Positions 25,056 to 33,584 of a DNA stretch of 43,188 nt are shown here, piece after piece. The notes under the pieces were generated by a model that was given only the letters and a program-made list of their open reading frames with translations, did no database searches and had not been told where the DNA came from. The DNA comes from a virus. The stretch lies in IMG/VR virus record IMGVR_UViG_3300031772_000075; one strand, written 5' to 3'. Positions within the stretch are counted from its first letter, which is position 1. Every line of letters starts with the position of its first letter. Made by a program: the position numbers and the translations under genes.

Positions 25056-25505
25056 TCAGTTCGCGGCGTGATGAAGCTGCACGGGCGCCTTCCGCCGCGC
25101 CTTCCGCCCGCCCTGCTTACGCTTCACGGCAGTGTAGGCGACGTTCTCCGGCTGGAAGTGCCTCTCCAACGTGGCCCTTGCCTTCGCCTCGTCGAACGAC
25201 TTGCAGCTGAACACGTCCATGGAGAAGTGGCGCCGGAGGGGCCACACGTGGACGGAGATGTGGCTCGTCCCGATCATGCAAATCCCGGAGATTCCGCCCT
25301 CGTCCTGGAAGACGTCGCCCGTGAGCTTTTTCGGCTCAAGCTTCACCTTCTTGAACAGCGGACCGAAGATCAGCTGCATGTCGAGGACCTTCACCAGGTC
25401 GAGCATCAGGGTCGTGAGCCCTGCCTTGGAAAATGCTGCTTCGATCCTTCGCTCCGGGACTTGTCCGTCGGCGATGAGGTGAAGTCCGTCGATCACATTG
25501 GCCAT
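25056..25505 (-). CDS. speD: S-adenosylmethionine decarboxylase proenzyme (small pyruvoyl-dependent SpeD/SpeH type)
   Basis: GISGICMIGTSHISVHVWPLRRHFSMDVFSCKSF matches the processing-site region of the small bacterial/archaeal type (..V.ESHL.IHTWPE.GYAA.DVFTCG). About 150 aa, as expected for this type. Confidence 0.7.
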   Translation of the reverse strand: MANVIDGLHLIADGQVPERRIEAAFSKAGLTTLMLDLVKVLDMQLIFGPLFKKVKLEPKKLTGDVFQDEGGISGICMIGTSHISVHVWPLRRHFSMDVFSCKSFDEAKARATLERHFQPENVAYTAVKRKQGGRKARRKAPVQLHHAAN

Positions 25506-25551
25506 TTCTTCTTGAACCTCGCAGGGAAAACAGTGACCCGCAATAAAGAGA

Positions 25552-25860
25552 CTACTTGATCATCTCAAGCGAGAGAGTGTCCGGGGAGAGCGTGAGGTCC
25601 TCATGGCCCTTCTGAGCCTCAGCGTCCTCCGAGCAGTACCAGACCCCGTTCACCATCTTCAGCGGCCCGGATCCAAACCTCAAGCCTCGCGTCGGCGACA
25701 TTCCGACCCACTTGGCAACTTTGGGCAGGAAAAGAGCCTGAACGTCCTTGAAGTCCGCGATGCTCATCTTGGACCCAGGGTCTCCGAGGTCCTGGACGGT
25801 CATAAGCACAAGCTGACCATCGCCAACGGCGCTCCAGTCAAAGCTCTCGAACGACCTCAC
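25552..25860 (-). CDS. hypothetical protein (102 aa)
   Basis: ORF with protein-like composition, divergent from the Dps-like gene. Confidence 0.4.
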   Translation of the reverse strand: MRSFESFDWSAVGDGQLVLMTVQDLGDPGSKMSIADFKDVQALFLPKVAKWVGMSPTRGLRFGSGPLKMVNGVWYCSEDAEAQKGHEDLTLSPDTLSLEMIK

Positions 25861-25908
25861 GTTGCGACGTTACACCCCGGTGGGGCTTTTGTCGGACCTC
25901 CTTGGCGC

Positions 25909-26409
25909 ATGGCTAGGAACGATTATATCCTGAGGGTCGCATCCCGGATCGCAAACGTGCCCGCCCGGGAAGGCCAGTTCGCGGCCCCGGACGGCCAGGT
26001 CGTCGCCCACCTTCAGAAGTTCCTGAACGCCAAGTACGCCATCGACATCGCGTACCGGAGCTTCGCCGACCGCGTGAAGGGACCGTGGAGGGACGCCCTC
26101 GTCTCCCACTGGCAGGAGCACGCCAAGGAGGAGAGGGACAGCGCCTACGACCTGGCGATGAAGCTCGTCGGGCTCGGGGCCGATCCTATCCAGACGGCCG
26201 TCCAGGTGCCCGCGTGCCCGGCCAACGTCTTCGCGTTCTGCAAGGCCCTCATAGAGCTTGAGCTCAAGGCCATCGAGAACTCCAGGAGGCTTATCGTCCT
26301 CGCGGGCGACAACACTGCCATGAAGGTCCTCGCCGAGAACGTCATCCTCGTCGACACCCAGCATCTCGACGACCTTCGGCGCATGTGCTTGGAGACGGCC
26401 GGATTATGA
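25909..26409 (+). CDS. Dps/ferritin-like four-helix-bundle protein
   Basis: HLQKFLNAKYAIDIAYRSFADRVKGPWRDALVSHWQEHAKEERDSAYDLAMKLVGLGADP and ELKAIENSRRLIVLAGDNTAMKVLAENVI resemble Dps helices A-B and D. ATG at 25909; the tabulated 25603 start overlaps the opposite gene and was rejected. Confidence 0.55.
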   Translation: MARNDYILRVASRIANVPAREGQFAAPDGQVVAHLQKFLNAKYAIDIAYRSFADRVKGPWRDALVSHWQEHAKEERDSAYDLAMKLVGLGADPIQTAVQVPACPANVFAFCKALIELELKAIENSRRLIVLAGDNTAMKVLAENVILVDTQHLDDLRRMCLETAGL

Positions 26410-26966
26410 GCGAGTGCGTCGGCTGCTCGCTTGATCAGGTGACGAAGGACACGCTGAAGGAGTTCCCGAAGTTCAGGGTGGTCCCGAAGTCGGAGTCGTT
26501 CACCATGAAGGCGATCAACGTCTTCCTGATCGCCGTGTCGTTCGGCCGGATGAAGAGCTTCATGACCGGCTTCGCCACGACCCTCGGGACGACGGTCTAC
26601 GTGACCCCGGGATGGCCGACGAAGCCCGACGCGGACAAGGCAGTCCTCCTCCGCCATGAGCGCGTCCACATGCGCCAGGCCAGGAGGCTCACGCGCCCGC
26701 TGTTCTCGCTCCTCTACCTCCTCCTGTTCCTCCCCGGCGGCCTCGCCTGGTTCCGGGCGCGCTTCGAGATGGAGGCGTACGAGGAGACGATCCGGGCGAC
26801 TTTCGAGCACTACGGGCGCACGGCGGTGTTCGACAAGGGGTTCCGTGACAGGATCGCCAAGAACTTCACGGGGCCGGCATATCTGTACATGTGGCCGTTC
26901 CCGAAGACGGTGGACAAGTGGATACTCGACGCCGTCGAGCGGATCGCAGGGAAGGAAACTCCATGA
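26406..26966 (+). CDS. HExxH-motif membrane protein (putative zinc metallopeptidase-like)
   Basis: The ATG overlaps the Dps stop (ATGA). LLRHERVHMRQ is an HExxH motif, followed by a hydrophobic helix (LFSLLYLLLFLPGGLAWF) and EMEAYEE. Confidence 0.45.
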   Translation: MSECVGCSLDQVTKDTLKEFPKFRVVPKSESFTMKAINVFLIAVSFGRMKSFMTGFATTLGTTVYVTPGWPTKPDADKAVLLRHERVHMRQARRLTRPLFSLLYLLLFLPGGLAWFRARFEMEAYEETIRATFEHYGRTAVFDKGFRDRIAKNFTGPAYLYMWPFPKTVDKWILDAVERIAGKETP

Positions 26967-27589
26967 AGACGATGAAGACACTGCTTTGCCTCCTGGCCGC
27001 CCTCGCGGTCCTCTTGGCCCCCGTGGTCGTGCTCGCTCAGCCCGCGCCGGCGCAGAAATGCGAAGGCCCTGCAGAGCTCTGCGCCCAAATCCTTGACCTC
27101 AAGGGCAAGCTCGACGCTCAGAAGGCCCTGACGGACCAGAAGGGCGCCGAGAAGGACACGGCGAAGGCCGAGACCACGACGACGGTCCTCAAGACGGAGA
27201 AGAGGGACGCTGAGGGCGTGGCGAAGATGCTCGCCTTCGCGGCGATCCTCGCCATCGCCCTCAAGACGCTCGTGTCCGTCTTGAAGTCTTGGAAGGGGTT
27301 CTTCACCACCGACAAGCAGAAGGCATGGCTCAAGATCTCCATGCTGGTCGTCGGCCTCCTCGCGTTCCTCGCGTCGAACATCGGCTTCGGGATACCGTGG
27401 TGGCAGTCGGTCATCCTGGCTGGCGGAGGCCCCGGCGCCATCATGGTTCACGAGCTGACGAAGCTCATCCCCGTCCTCATGGGGAAGGCCAAGTACACGT
27501 CGGAGTCCGAGAAGCCGCCGCCGATGCCTGCGGACGAGGAGAAGCCCGAGCCGAAGCCCGCTGACGAGCCGAAGCCGCCGGCCGCCTAA
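26963..27589 (+). CDS. secreted/membrane protein with signal peptide and two predicted TM helices
   Basis: MKTMKTLLCLLAALAVLLAPVVVLAQPAPA is signal-peptide-like. AAGGAAAC RBS; ATGA overlap with the previous gene. Two TM helices and a Pro/Glu/Lys-rich tail. Confidence 0.5.
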   Translation: MKTMKTLLCLLAALAVLLAPVVVLAQPAPAQKCEGPAELCAQILDLKGKLDAQKALTDQKGAEKDTAKAETTTTVLKTEKRDAEGVAKMLAFAAILAIALKTLVSVLKSWKGFFTTDKQKAWLKISMLVVGLLAFLASNIGFGIPWWQSVILAGGGPGAIMVHELTKLIPVLMGKAKYTSESEKPPPMPADEEKPEPKPADEPKPPAA

Positions 27590-28920
27590 GCCGTCAGAGC
27601 GCGCTTCCGCTTGGCGTGAGTGTGCTCCTCCGAACTGGGAAGCTTTTGGCCGCATTCAGAGCACACCTGGATTGCGGCCATCTTCTTATCCAGGGCCTTC
27701 TTGACCCCCTGGAGCCGGGAGAGCTCCGCGTCAGCCCCGTCGACGGCCGACTTCAGCTCCCGGAGCTTTTGAGCGCACAGGACGAGCTTCCGGAGCCTCA
27801 GGACCTCGGCCTCCGGGAGCTTCGGGACCGCAGGGAGAGCGTCCACCCGCGCGGCGGCCTTCCGGCCCCTGACCAGCCCGGCGTGCAGCCTGGAGAGCTG
27901 CCGGACGCGGCTCACGGACTCCCCGATTGAGGACAGGTCCGGGACCTTCATCTTCGACTTTTGGACCGCGGCCGACCGGTCTATGAAGGAGCGCATGGGG
28001 ACGAGCCTCATGCAGCGGCGGAGCCTCCGGAGACTTTCCACGTCCGGCAGCTCTGGGACCTTGACCGAGTCTACGGGCTTGAGCGATATGATCTTCTGGA
28101 CCGTTCGGTCGAGGCGGAACTTGGCCCTGGCGACGCGGACGCTCCGGGACACAGTCGCCTCCACGTCGGTGAGGTTCGCCTTGACCTTCAGGTCCGAAGC
28201 CGCCTTGGACCTCCTGAGGAGGTCGGCGACCCTCTCCAGGTCCTTGTGGAGCTGCTCCAGGGTGATGGCCCGCTGGGCATACTCCTGGAGGCTGGCTATC
28301 TGCTCCTCAATCTCGGACTCCAGCCGTTCGACGGACTCCAGCCCGGATAGCTTGTTGAGCCGGTCCTGGACGCGGCCTAGCTCCTCGGACTTCGTCCGTG
28401 ACTCGTCCGTGCACTTGCGCTTCGACCTCGCGGCCAGGACTATGGCGTTCTGGTAGACCTGGAGGCGGGAGACCTCGGAGATGAAGTTGGTGATCTGGGG
28501 TCCCGACTTGTCGAGCAGGAACATTGGGCGCGTCTGCGTCGCCCACCACGGCTCCAGGTCGTCATCCCCTATGCGGATCGACCTGAAGCCCATGGCTTCC
28601 ACCTCCGGGAGCTGGTTCTGCCCGGTCTTGTCGTACGTCTTCCCGCCAATCTGGTAGCGGTTGACGTCCTTTTCGCCCTTCTCCCAGAGGAAGCCCCAGC
28701 CCTCGGACTGCATCTCGACGGACGAGTACTTCGCGCCCTTTCGGACCATGCCGGTCACCGGGTCGTTGAGGAGAGACCGGGAGATCGCCCTCATGATGGC
28801 GCTCTTCCCGATGTTCGTCTTGCCCGTGATGCACGTGAAGCCCCTCACCTCGAACTCCACGTCCTCGATGCTCTGGAAGTTCCGGATGTGTACCTGGACG
28901 GGATGGAGGGTGGAGGTCAT
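27586..28920 (-). CDS. SMC/Rad50/SbcC-like N-terminal ATPase half with coiled coil, ending at a CxxC zinc-hook-like motif
   Basis: VHIRNFQSIEDVEFEVRGFTCITGKTNIGKSAIMRAIS is the SMC/RecF-type N-terminal Walker A. About 300 aa of coiled-coil-like sequence follow. The C-terminus is CSECGQKLPSSEEH. No signature, Walker B or D-loop half is present. ATG at 28920 preferred over the GTG at 28935. Confidence 0.65.
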   Translation of the reverse strand: MTSTLHPVQVHIRNFQSIEDVEFEVRGFTCITGKTNIGKSAIMRAISRSLLNDPVTGMVRKGAKYSSVEMQSEGWGFLWEKGEKDVNRYQIGGKTYDKTGQNQLPEVEAMGFRSIRIGDDDLEPWWATQTRPMFLLDKSGPQITNFISEVSRLQVYQNAIVLAARSKRKCTDESRTKSEELGRVQDRLNKLSGLESVERLESEIEEQIASLQEYAQRAITLEQLHKDLERVADLLRRSKAASDLKVKANLTDVEATVSRSVRVARAKFRLDRTVQKIISLKPVDSVKVPELPDVESLRRLRRCMRLVPMRSFIDRSAAVQKSKMKVPDLSSIGESVSRVRQLSRLHAGLVRGRKAAARVDALPAVPKLPEAEVLRLRKLVLCAQKLRELKSAVDGADAELSRLQGVKKALDKKMAAIQVCSECGQKLPSSEEHTHAKRKRALTA

Positions 28921-28944
28921 CCGCGCAGTATACACCCGCCGGGG

Positions 28945-30294
28945 TCAGTCGAGGTCCTCGGACGAGATCTTCGGGACCTCCCCGACGCTGTCGTCCTCCT
29001 CTCCCATCTCCTCGGGTGAGACCTCGCGGGGGTCGTCCGAGCGCGAGTAGTCCTCATCCTCATCGTCGCCCATCTTCGTCACGACCGCGCCGGCCTCCAG
29101 CTCGGCAAGCTCGTCGTCCGTGATGTTGCGCATGTCCGCGAGCATGCGCTCGTGGCAGGTCGTAGCCATATCCTTGAAGGTCTCCAGGTCCTTGGACAGG
29201 GCGTACCGGAACTTCTCCAGCCCGATGACCTCTATCGTGTTGCCGTTCGTCGTCCCCTTGTAGGCGTAGACGTCCTGCTTGCGTCCGTTCTTGGAATGCT
29301 TGCAGATCTTGTACGCGGTCGCGACGTTGATCATCGTCCGGATCTCGTCGATGCCGACGCCGTACCGGATGGTGACGAGGCCCGTGTGGCCCTGCTTGGC
29401 GTCGACCTTGTTCTTGACGTTCTTGACCTCGACGTCCGTGGCGACCGGGACCTCCTCCTCCTTGCCGATGAGCGGGTTGAACCGCTTGGCCTTCGCGACC
29501 TGGCGCGGCTTGAGGATCATGCGGTTGGAGGCGAAGAACTTCAGGGTGTTGCCGCCCGTCGTGCTCTTGAGGGCCTCCTCCGTGAAGCCCTTGGCCCCGA
29601 TCTTGTCGCGCGTCTGGTTGAGGAACATGACGTGCGTCCCGGTCTTTGCGATGATGGACTGGAGTTTCGGGAGCCACGTCGCCATGAAGCGCGGGACCTC
29701 GGCAATGCCCTTCTTGTCCTCCACGTCGGAGGCGTCGCGCTCGAACTCCTTGCGGGTGACGAGGGCGGCGACCGAGTCGATGACGATGAAGTCGATCTTC
29801 TGGATGCAGGCGGCGTTGACGGCCGCCTCCACCTGCTCGGCGTAGGTCGGGGCGATCCGCATGCACTGGCCCGTACCGCCCATCGACGGAGGCCTGAAGT
29901 CGCAGCCGAGCTTGATGGCGTAGTTGTCGACGATGGCGTGCTCAAGGTCGACGTAGAGGCCGGTCCCGGTGCCGCCATTCTCCAGGAGCGCCTGCGCCAT
30001 AGCCATGAGGGCGATAGTGGACTTGCCGGACGACTCACGGCCGAAGATTTCGGAGATCTTCCCCCGCGGCCACCCCGGGCAGACGAGGTTCCCGTTCGGG
30101 AGCTTGGACCCCCCGATGAGGAGGTTCAGTACGGAAGACCCGCTGTTGATGACCTTGAGCTGCAGATCGGGCTTGACGATGGCGTCGGCCATGCCGAGCC
30201 GCTCCGTCATGTTCTTCTGCAGCATCGCCAGCTTCTTGTGCCACCCGCCGGGCGGCGGTACCGCAGCTGCGCCGTTCGTTCCGTTCTTCGCCAT
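28945..30294 (-). CDS. recA: RecA-like recombinase
   Basis: SGSSVLNLLIGGSKLPNGNLVCPGWPRGKISEIFGRESSGKSTIALMAMA matches the RecA N-terminal core plus Walker A. Acidic C-terminal tail. ATG with GGAGG 9 nt upstream; the tabulated GTG at 30303 is less likely. Confidence 0.85.
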   Translation of the reverse strand: MAKNGTNGAAAVPPPGGWHKKLAMLQKNMTERLGMADAIVKPDLQLKVINSGSSVLNLLIGGSKLPNGNLVCPGWPRGKISEIFGRESSGKSTIALMAMAQALLENGGTGTGLYVDLEHAIVDNYAIKLGCDFRPPSMGGTGQCMRIAPTYAEQVEAAVNAACIQKIDFIVIDSVAALVTRKEFERDASDVEDKKGIAEVPRFMATWLPKLQSIIAKTGTHVMFLNQTRDKIGAKGFTEEALKSTTGGNTLKFFASNRMILKPRQVAKAKRFNPLIGKEEEVPVATDVEVKNVKNKVDAKQGHTGLVTIRYGVGIDEIRTMINVATAYKICKHSKNGRKQDVYAYKGTTNGNTIEVIGLEKFRYALSKDLETFKDMATTCHERMLADMRNITDDELAELEAGAVVTKMGDDEDEDYSRSDDPREVSPEEMGEEDDSVGEVPKISSEDLD

Positions 30295-30333
30295 CGTCGT
30301 CACCTCCGTAACAGGTTACAGTGAGTAGAGAGC

Positions 30334-31050
30334 CTACTCTTCAAGAGACTCTAGGTAGGTCAGCACGTCCGCGCTGATGGCGGACTTGGCGGGAAGGCTG
30401 ACGTTCCCTCGCGGTACTTGGCTGAAGCGGAAGAAGCGCGAGTTCTCCCGAAAGGCGTAGCCGACCCGCTTTTTCTTCCTACCGAGGCCGGACTTCACGG
30501 ACTTCGTCCTCTCCACGAAGCACCGGAGCTCCGTCCCAGTCAGGTCCTCCGGGCGGATGAGGCCCGTCACCAGGGACTTCATGCGCGCAGCGTAGCGGGC
30601 GACCTGGTAGGCGTCGGCCTCGTTGTTGTCGATGACCTTCGTGTCCATCGTGTCGACCTGCACTTTGCGCTGCATGTCGAGCTTGCCCATCGCCCCCTTC
30701 TTCGCCGGGTCCTCGCGGGAGAGGTACTTGAGGGTCGACGGGTCGAACATGACGACGTCCTTTCGGGCCTCGAAGATGGGCACTAGCGAGAACATCATCA
30801 GGCCGAAGTGAATGGACTGGAACGGGCCGGCCTCGTACGCCGGGCTCTCGATGCCGACCACGTCCACGTCGTGCTTGGACAGGAGGTCCTTCACCATGGC
30901 CTGGAAGTGGAGGAAGCGCGCGACCGGGACGGTGGACGGGAGGGTGCCCTCGTGGCCCGAGGCGACCCTCCGCTTCATCCCCTTCGCCGAGTCGTCGTGG
31001 GTCGACCATCCGTAGGCGCGCAGACTTGGATCTAGGCCCAATGCTATCAT
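30334..31050 (-). CDS. ruvC: RuvC-like Holliday-junction resolvase
   Basis: MIALGLDPSLRAYGWS (first catalytic Asp context), VVGIESPAY (Glu) and EADAYQVARYAA (C-terminal Asp) match the RuvC/A22 RNase-H-fold resolvase motifs. Confidence 0.7.
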   Translation of the reverse strand: MIALGLDPSLRAYGWSTHDDSAKGMKRRVASGHEGTLPSTVPVARFLHFQAMVKDLLSKHDVDVVGIESPAYEAGPFQSIHFGLMMFSLVPIFEARKDVVMFDPSTLKYLSREDPAKKGAMGKLDMQRKVQVDTMDTKVIDNNEADAYQVARYAARMKSLVTGLIRPEDLTGTELRCFVERTKSVKSGLGRKKKRVGYAFRENSRFFRFSQVPRGNVSLPAKSAISADVLTYLESLEE

Positions 31051-31163
31051 GAATGCTTCCGCTTCCTCATGGGCTATCTTACGCCGGACACGACGAAGCC
31101 CGGGTTGCCTTTCGGGCCCGGGCCTCAGTCACGCCGCCAGCTGGACGGTCTTGACGCGTTGCG

Positions 31164-32072
31164 TCAATCTATCAGACTCCCGTAGCTACCGACCATCTTC
31201 GGCCTGTCCTCGTTCGCGCCGCTCGCCATTGCCGCCGGGCTCTGTCCGACCTTCTCCAGGTACTGCTGGAGCTTCAGCTCCATCCCGAGGTTGTTCGGGC
31301 AGTGCTTCGCGGCGCGGAGCCCCTGGTCGAGGATCCAGGCCCGGCTCTCCGGGTCGAAGTCCTCGCGGGCCCAGAAGCAATTGGCCGTCTCGTAGATGTG
31401 CTTCTTATACTTCGGGTCGCCGTCGAGCGTGACCTTGAGGTCCATCCGCTCCTTGCCCTCCTGGCGGGCCTCGACAAAGCACCCCTCCAGGCGGTTATAC
31501 TGCTTGGCCGAGAGCTTGTAGAGCAGGATCTCCGTGTAGAGGCGCTGCTTGATCATGTCCATGTTCGGCTGCATGTGCTCGCCGACCGGGTACTTCATGA
31601 CGATGGTGACCGTGCGCTGCTCGGCGTCGCCCATGTCGTCGCAGCACTTGCCGGCCTCGACGAGGGTTGAGCCCTTGTAGACGCCCATGCAGCGCATCGT
31701 GCCGACGCCGTCCTTGAAGTGGGTGAAGCCCATCCAGAACTTCGGCATCGTGGTGTCGAGGCGGTCGATCTCCTTGAGGTCCTTGACCTCCTTGCTGAGC
31801 CTCTCCGCCAGCTTCTTGTCGATGTTGGCGAGGATCTCCAGCTTCTCCTGGTCGGTGAAGAGCGCGAGCGAGAGCGGCTTCTTCGCCTTCTCCTCGTCCG
31901 TGAAGTTACCCCAGCGCTCCTGGGCCTTCTTGGTGAGGATTCCGTCCGAGTACTTCTTGAACGCGATCAGCGAGATTCGCGCCTTGCCGTTCTTTTCGAG
32001 CTTGAACTCGTCGATGCCCGAGTTCTTGATGACCTTCCCGTCGTCGAAGCCAAACTCCATTACGTCGCTCAT
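31164..32072 (-). CDS. hypothetical protein (302 aa)
   Basis: ATG (MSDVMEF...) with GGAGA 7 nt upstream. The tabulated start 10 codons upstream contains that SD and was rejected. Ends ...MVGSYGSLID. Confidence 0.5.
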   Translation of the reverse strand: MSDVMEFGFDDGKVIKNSGIDEFKLEKNGKARISLIAFKKYSDGILTKKAQERWGNFTDEEKAKKPLSLALFTDQEKLEILANIDKKLAERLSKEVKDLKEIDRLDTTMPKFWMGFTHFKDGVGTMRCMGVYKGSTLVEAGKCCDDMGDAEQRTVTIVMKYPVGEHMQPNMDMIKQRLYTEILLYKLSAKQYNRLEGCFVEARQEGKERMDLKVTLDGDPKYKKHIYETANCFWAREDFDPESRAWILDQGLRAAKHCPNNLGMELKLQQYLEKVGQSPAAMASGANEDRPKMVGSYGSLID

Positions 32073-32225
32073 GTGGTCTCTCCTTGTTTGTTTGCCGGCC
32101 AAGGCCGGCGCGTCTACTGCTTGTTTGCCCGCCGAGGCGAGCGCGTCGGAGCCCCCGGTTGCCCGGGTGTTCCTTGAAAGACACTACATTCAAGGGCTAC
32201 GGCCTGCGCTCAGTCTCGAACAGGG

Positions 32226-33203
32226 CTAGTCGATGAGGTCCTGATATGAGACCGTCTTGGCCTGCGGGACGTTCGGCTCGGGCTCTGGAGGGCTCTCGGG
32301 CTCGCCTCCCTCCATCCGGGTGTCCGCTCCGCCGTGCCCGTTCTTGCAGAACGGTCCGGACGGTGAAAAGGACTGCTGACTATCGCAGTCCGAGCACATG
32401 CCCCTGTGCCCCTTGGAGCAGACGAGGGGCATGTTCGGGTTGAGCTTGACCTCCTCGTCGCACGTCCCGCACGTCCATGTCGGGTAGCGGGTCGGGTGCT
32501 GTGTCAAGAACGCGGACATCATCTTCGCGTGCTCGCTGTCCATCGGCTCTGGCATGTCGTCAGGCCGTTTCTTCGGGTCGAGGAGGTCCTGTGGCTCCAC
32601 CCTCGGGATCACGGGGGCTGGCATCCCGTCCGCCACCAGCTTTTTCTGGTTGGACTGCGGGCGCTGATATCCGTCGCCACCCATCATCTGGGACTCTTTG
32701 TCGTCCTTGATGAGGACGCGCTGCATGCGGATGTCGTTCGACGTCTGCTTCAGCTGGTCGTACTTGGACCGAATGAGCTTGACGGTCTCCTCCACGTCGA
32801 GGAGCTCAACCTTCAGGGCGCTGACAGCCTTGTGCTCCTCGCCGAGCATCGTCGCGGCGACGGACTCGCGGTCGCGGACGGACGGCTGCTTTCGCACGAC
32901 CACGTCGTCGGCGAGGAGCTCCTTCATCTTGAACTCCAGGTCGAGATCCCGGTGACGAAGGTCGAGCCGGATCTTCTTCTCGTGAAGCTTGACGATCTGG
33001 AGGTAGTACTGGACCCTGTTCTGGTAGGCCCGGCAGCGCGAGATGATCTTCTGGAGGTAGGCCGTGCCCAGGTGGGGCAGAGTCGGGTCCTCCTCCAGGT
33101 TCACCTCGTACAGGGCCATCTCCTCGATGATCTGTTCGAGCTGCTCCTTGGTGAGAGTCACCCCAGCGGTCGCGACCGGGTTCCCAACGTGCGTAGAGTC
33201 CAT
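32226..33203 (-). CDS. hypothetical coiled-coil protein with C-terminal Cys/His-rich zinc-finger-like cluster (325 aa)
   Basis: N-terminal heptad-like region. WTCGTCDEEV...CSKGHRGMCSDCD...CKNGH. Ends ...KTVSYQDLID. Confidence 0.5.
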   Translation of the reverse strand: MDSTHVGNPVATAGVTLTKEQLEQIIEEMALYEVNLEEDPTLPHLGTAYLQKIISRCRAYQNRVQYYLQIVKLHEKKIRLDLRHRDLDLEFKMKELLADDVVVRKQPSVRDRESVAATMLGEEHKAVSALKVELLDVEETVKLIRSKYDQLKQTSNDIRMQRVLIKDDKESQMMGGDGYQRPQSNQKKLVADGMPAPVIPRVEPQDLLDPKKRPDDMPEPMDSEHAKMMSAFLTQHPTRYPTWTCGTCDEEVKLNPNMPLVCSKGHRGMCSDCDSQQSFSPSGPFCKNGHGGADTRMEGGEPESPPEPEPNVPQAKTVSYQDLID

Positions 33204-33270
33204 TGGGCGATGTTACAGCGGTCACCTCCTCTGAAGGAGGTACGCCGGCCTCCGCTCCATGGAGCGGGGC

Positions 33271-33555
33271 TCACTTCGCCTTCGCCTTCAGCTTCTCACG
33301 GAGAAGGGCCGTGTTCTCCTTCAGGAGGGCGATCATCTCGTTCGCCTCCTCCAGCTTCAGCTTCCCGTCCGTGAGCGCGTTGTGGATGCACGCTCTCTTC
33401 ACGATGACGGCGGTGTCAAGCTGGGCTGCCAGAAAGTCGTCGACGGACATGTCCTCGTCCGGCTCGACGTTCATCGACACGAAGTACGAGTTTTTCTCGC
33501 CGTTCCGGTATAGGTCAAGGCCCTTTGACACCGTGAAGTTCTTCACCTTCATCAC
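33271..33555 (-). CDS. hypothetical protein (94 aa)
   Basis: ATG ATG AAG start. The tandem 12-bp repeat lies immediately upstream. K/E-rich helical composition. Confidence 0.45.
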   Translation of the reverse strand: MMKVKNFTVSKGLDLYRNGEKNSYFVSMNVEPDEDMSVDDFLAAQLDTAVIVKRACIHNALTDGKLKLEEANEMIALLKENTALLREKLKAKAK

Positions 33556-33557
33556 CG

Positions 33558-33581
33558 AAGGTTACACGTAAGGTTACACGT
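33558..33581. repeat. perfect 2 x 12-bp tandem direct repeat filling the 29-bp intergenic gap
   Basis: + strand aaggttacacgt aaggttacacgt. On the minus strand this is ACGTGTAACCTT x2 ending 3 nt before the ATG of the 33271-33555 gene, and it contains a CACGTG palindrome. Confidence 0.8.
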
Positions 33582-33584
33582 GGC

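Noticed and set aside
29060-30324. ORFs 29060-29866 (-), 29152-30324 (+), 29541-30038 (-) overlapping the RecA-like gene
   Set aside because: Alternative frames and strand of a gene with clear RecA Walker A and core homology. R/G/D-rich artefacts.
32406-33374. 322-aa + strand ORF opposite the 32226-33203 gene
   Set aside because: L/V/R/H/G-rich low-complexity composition. The minus-strand product has a coiled-coil N-terminus and a Cys/His cluster and looks genuine.
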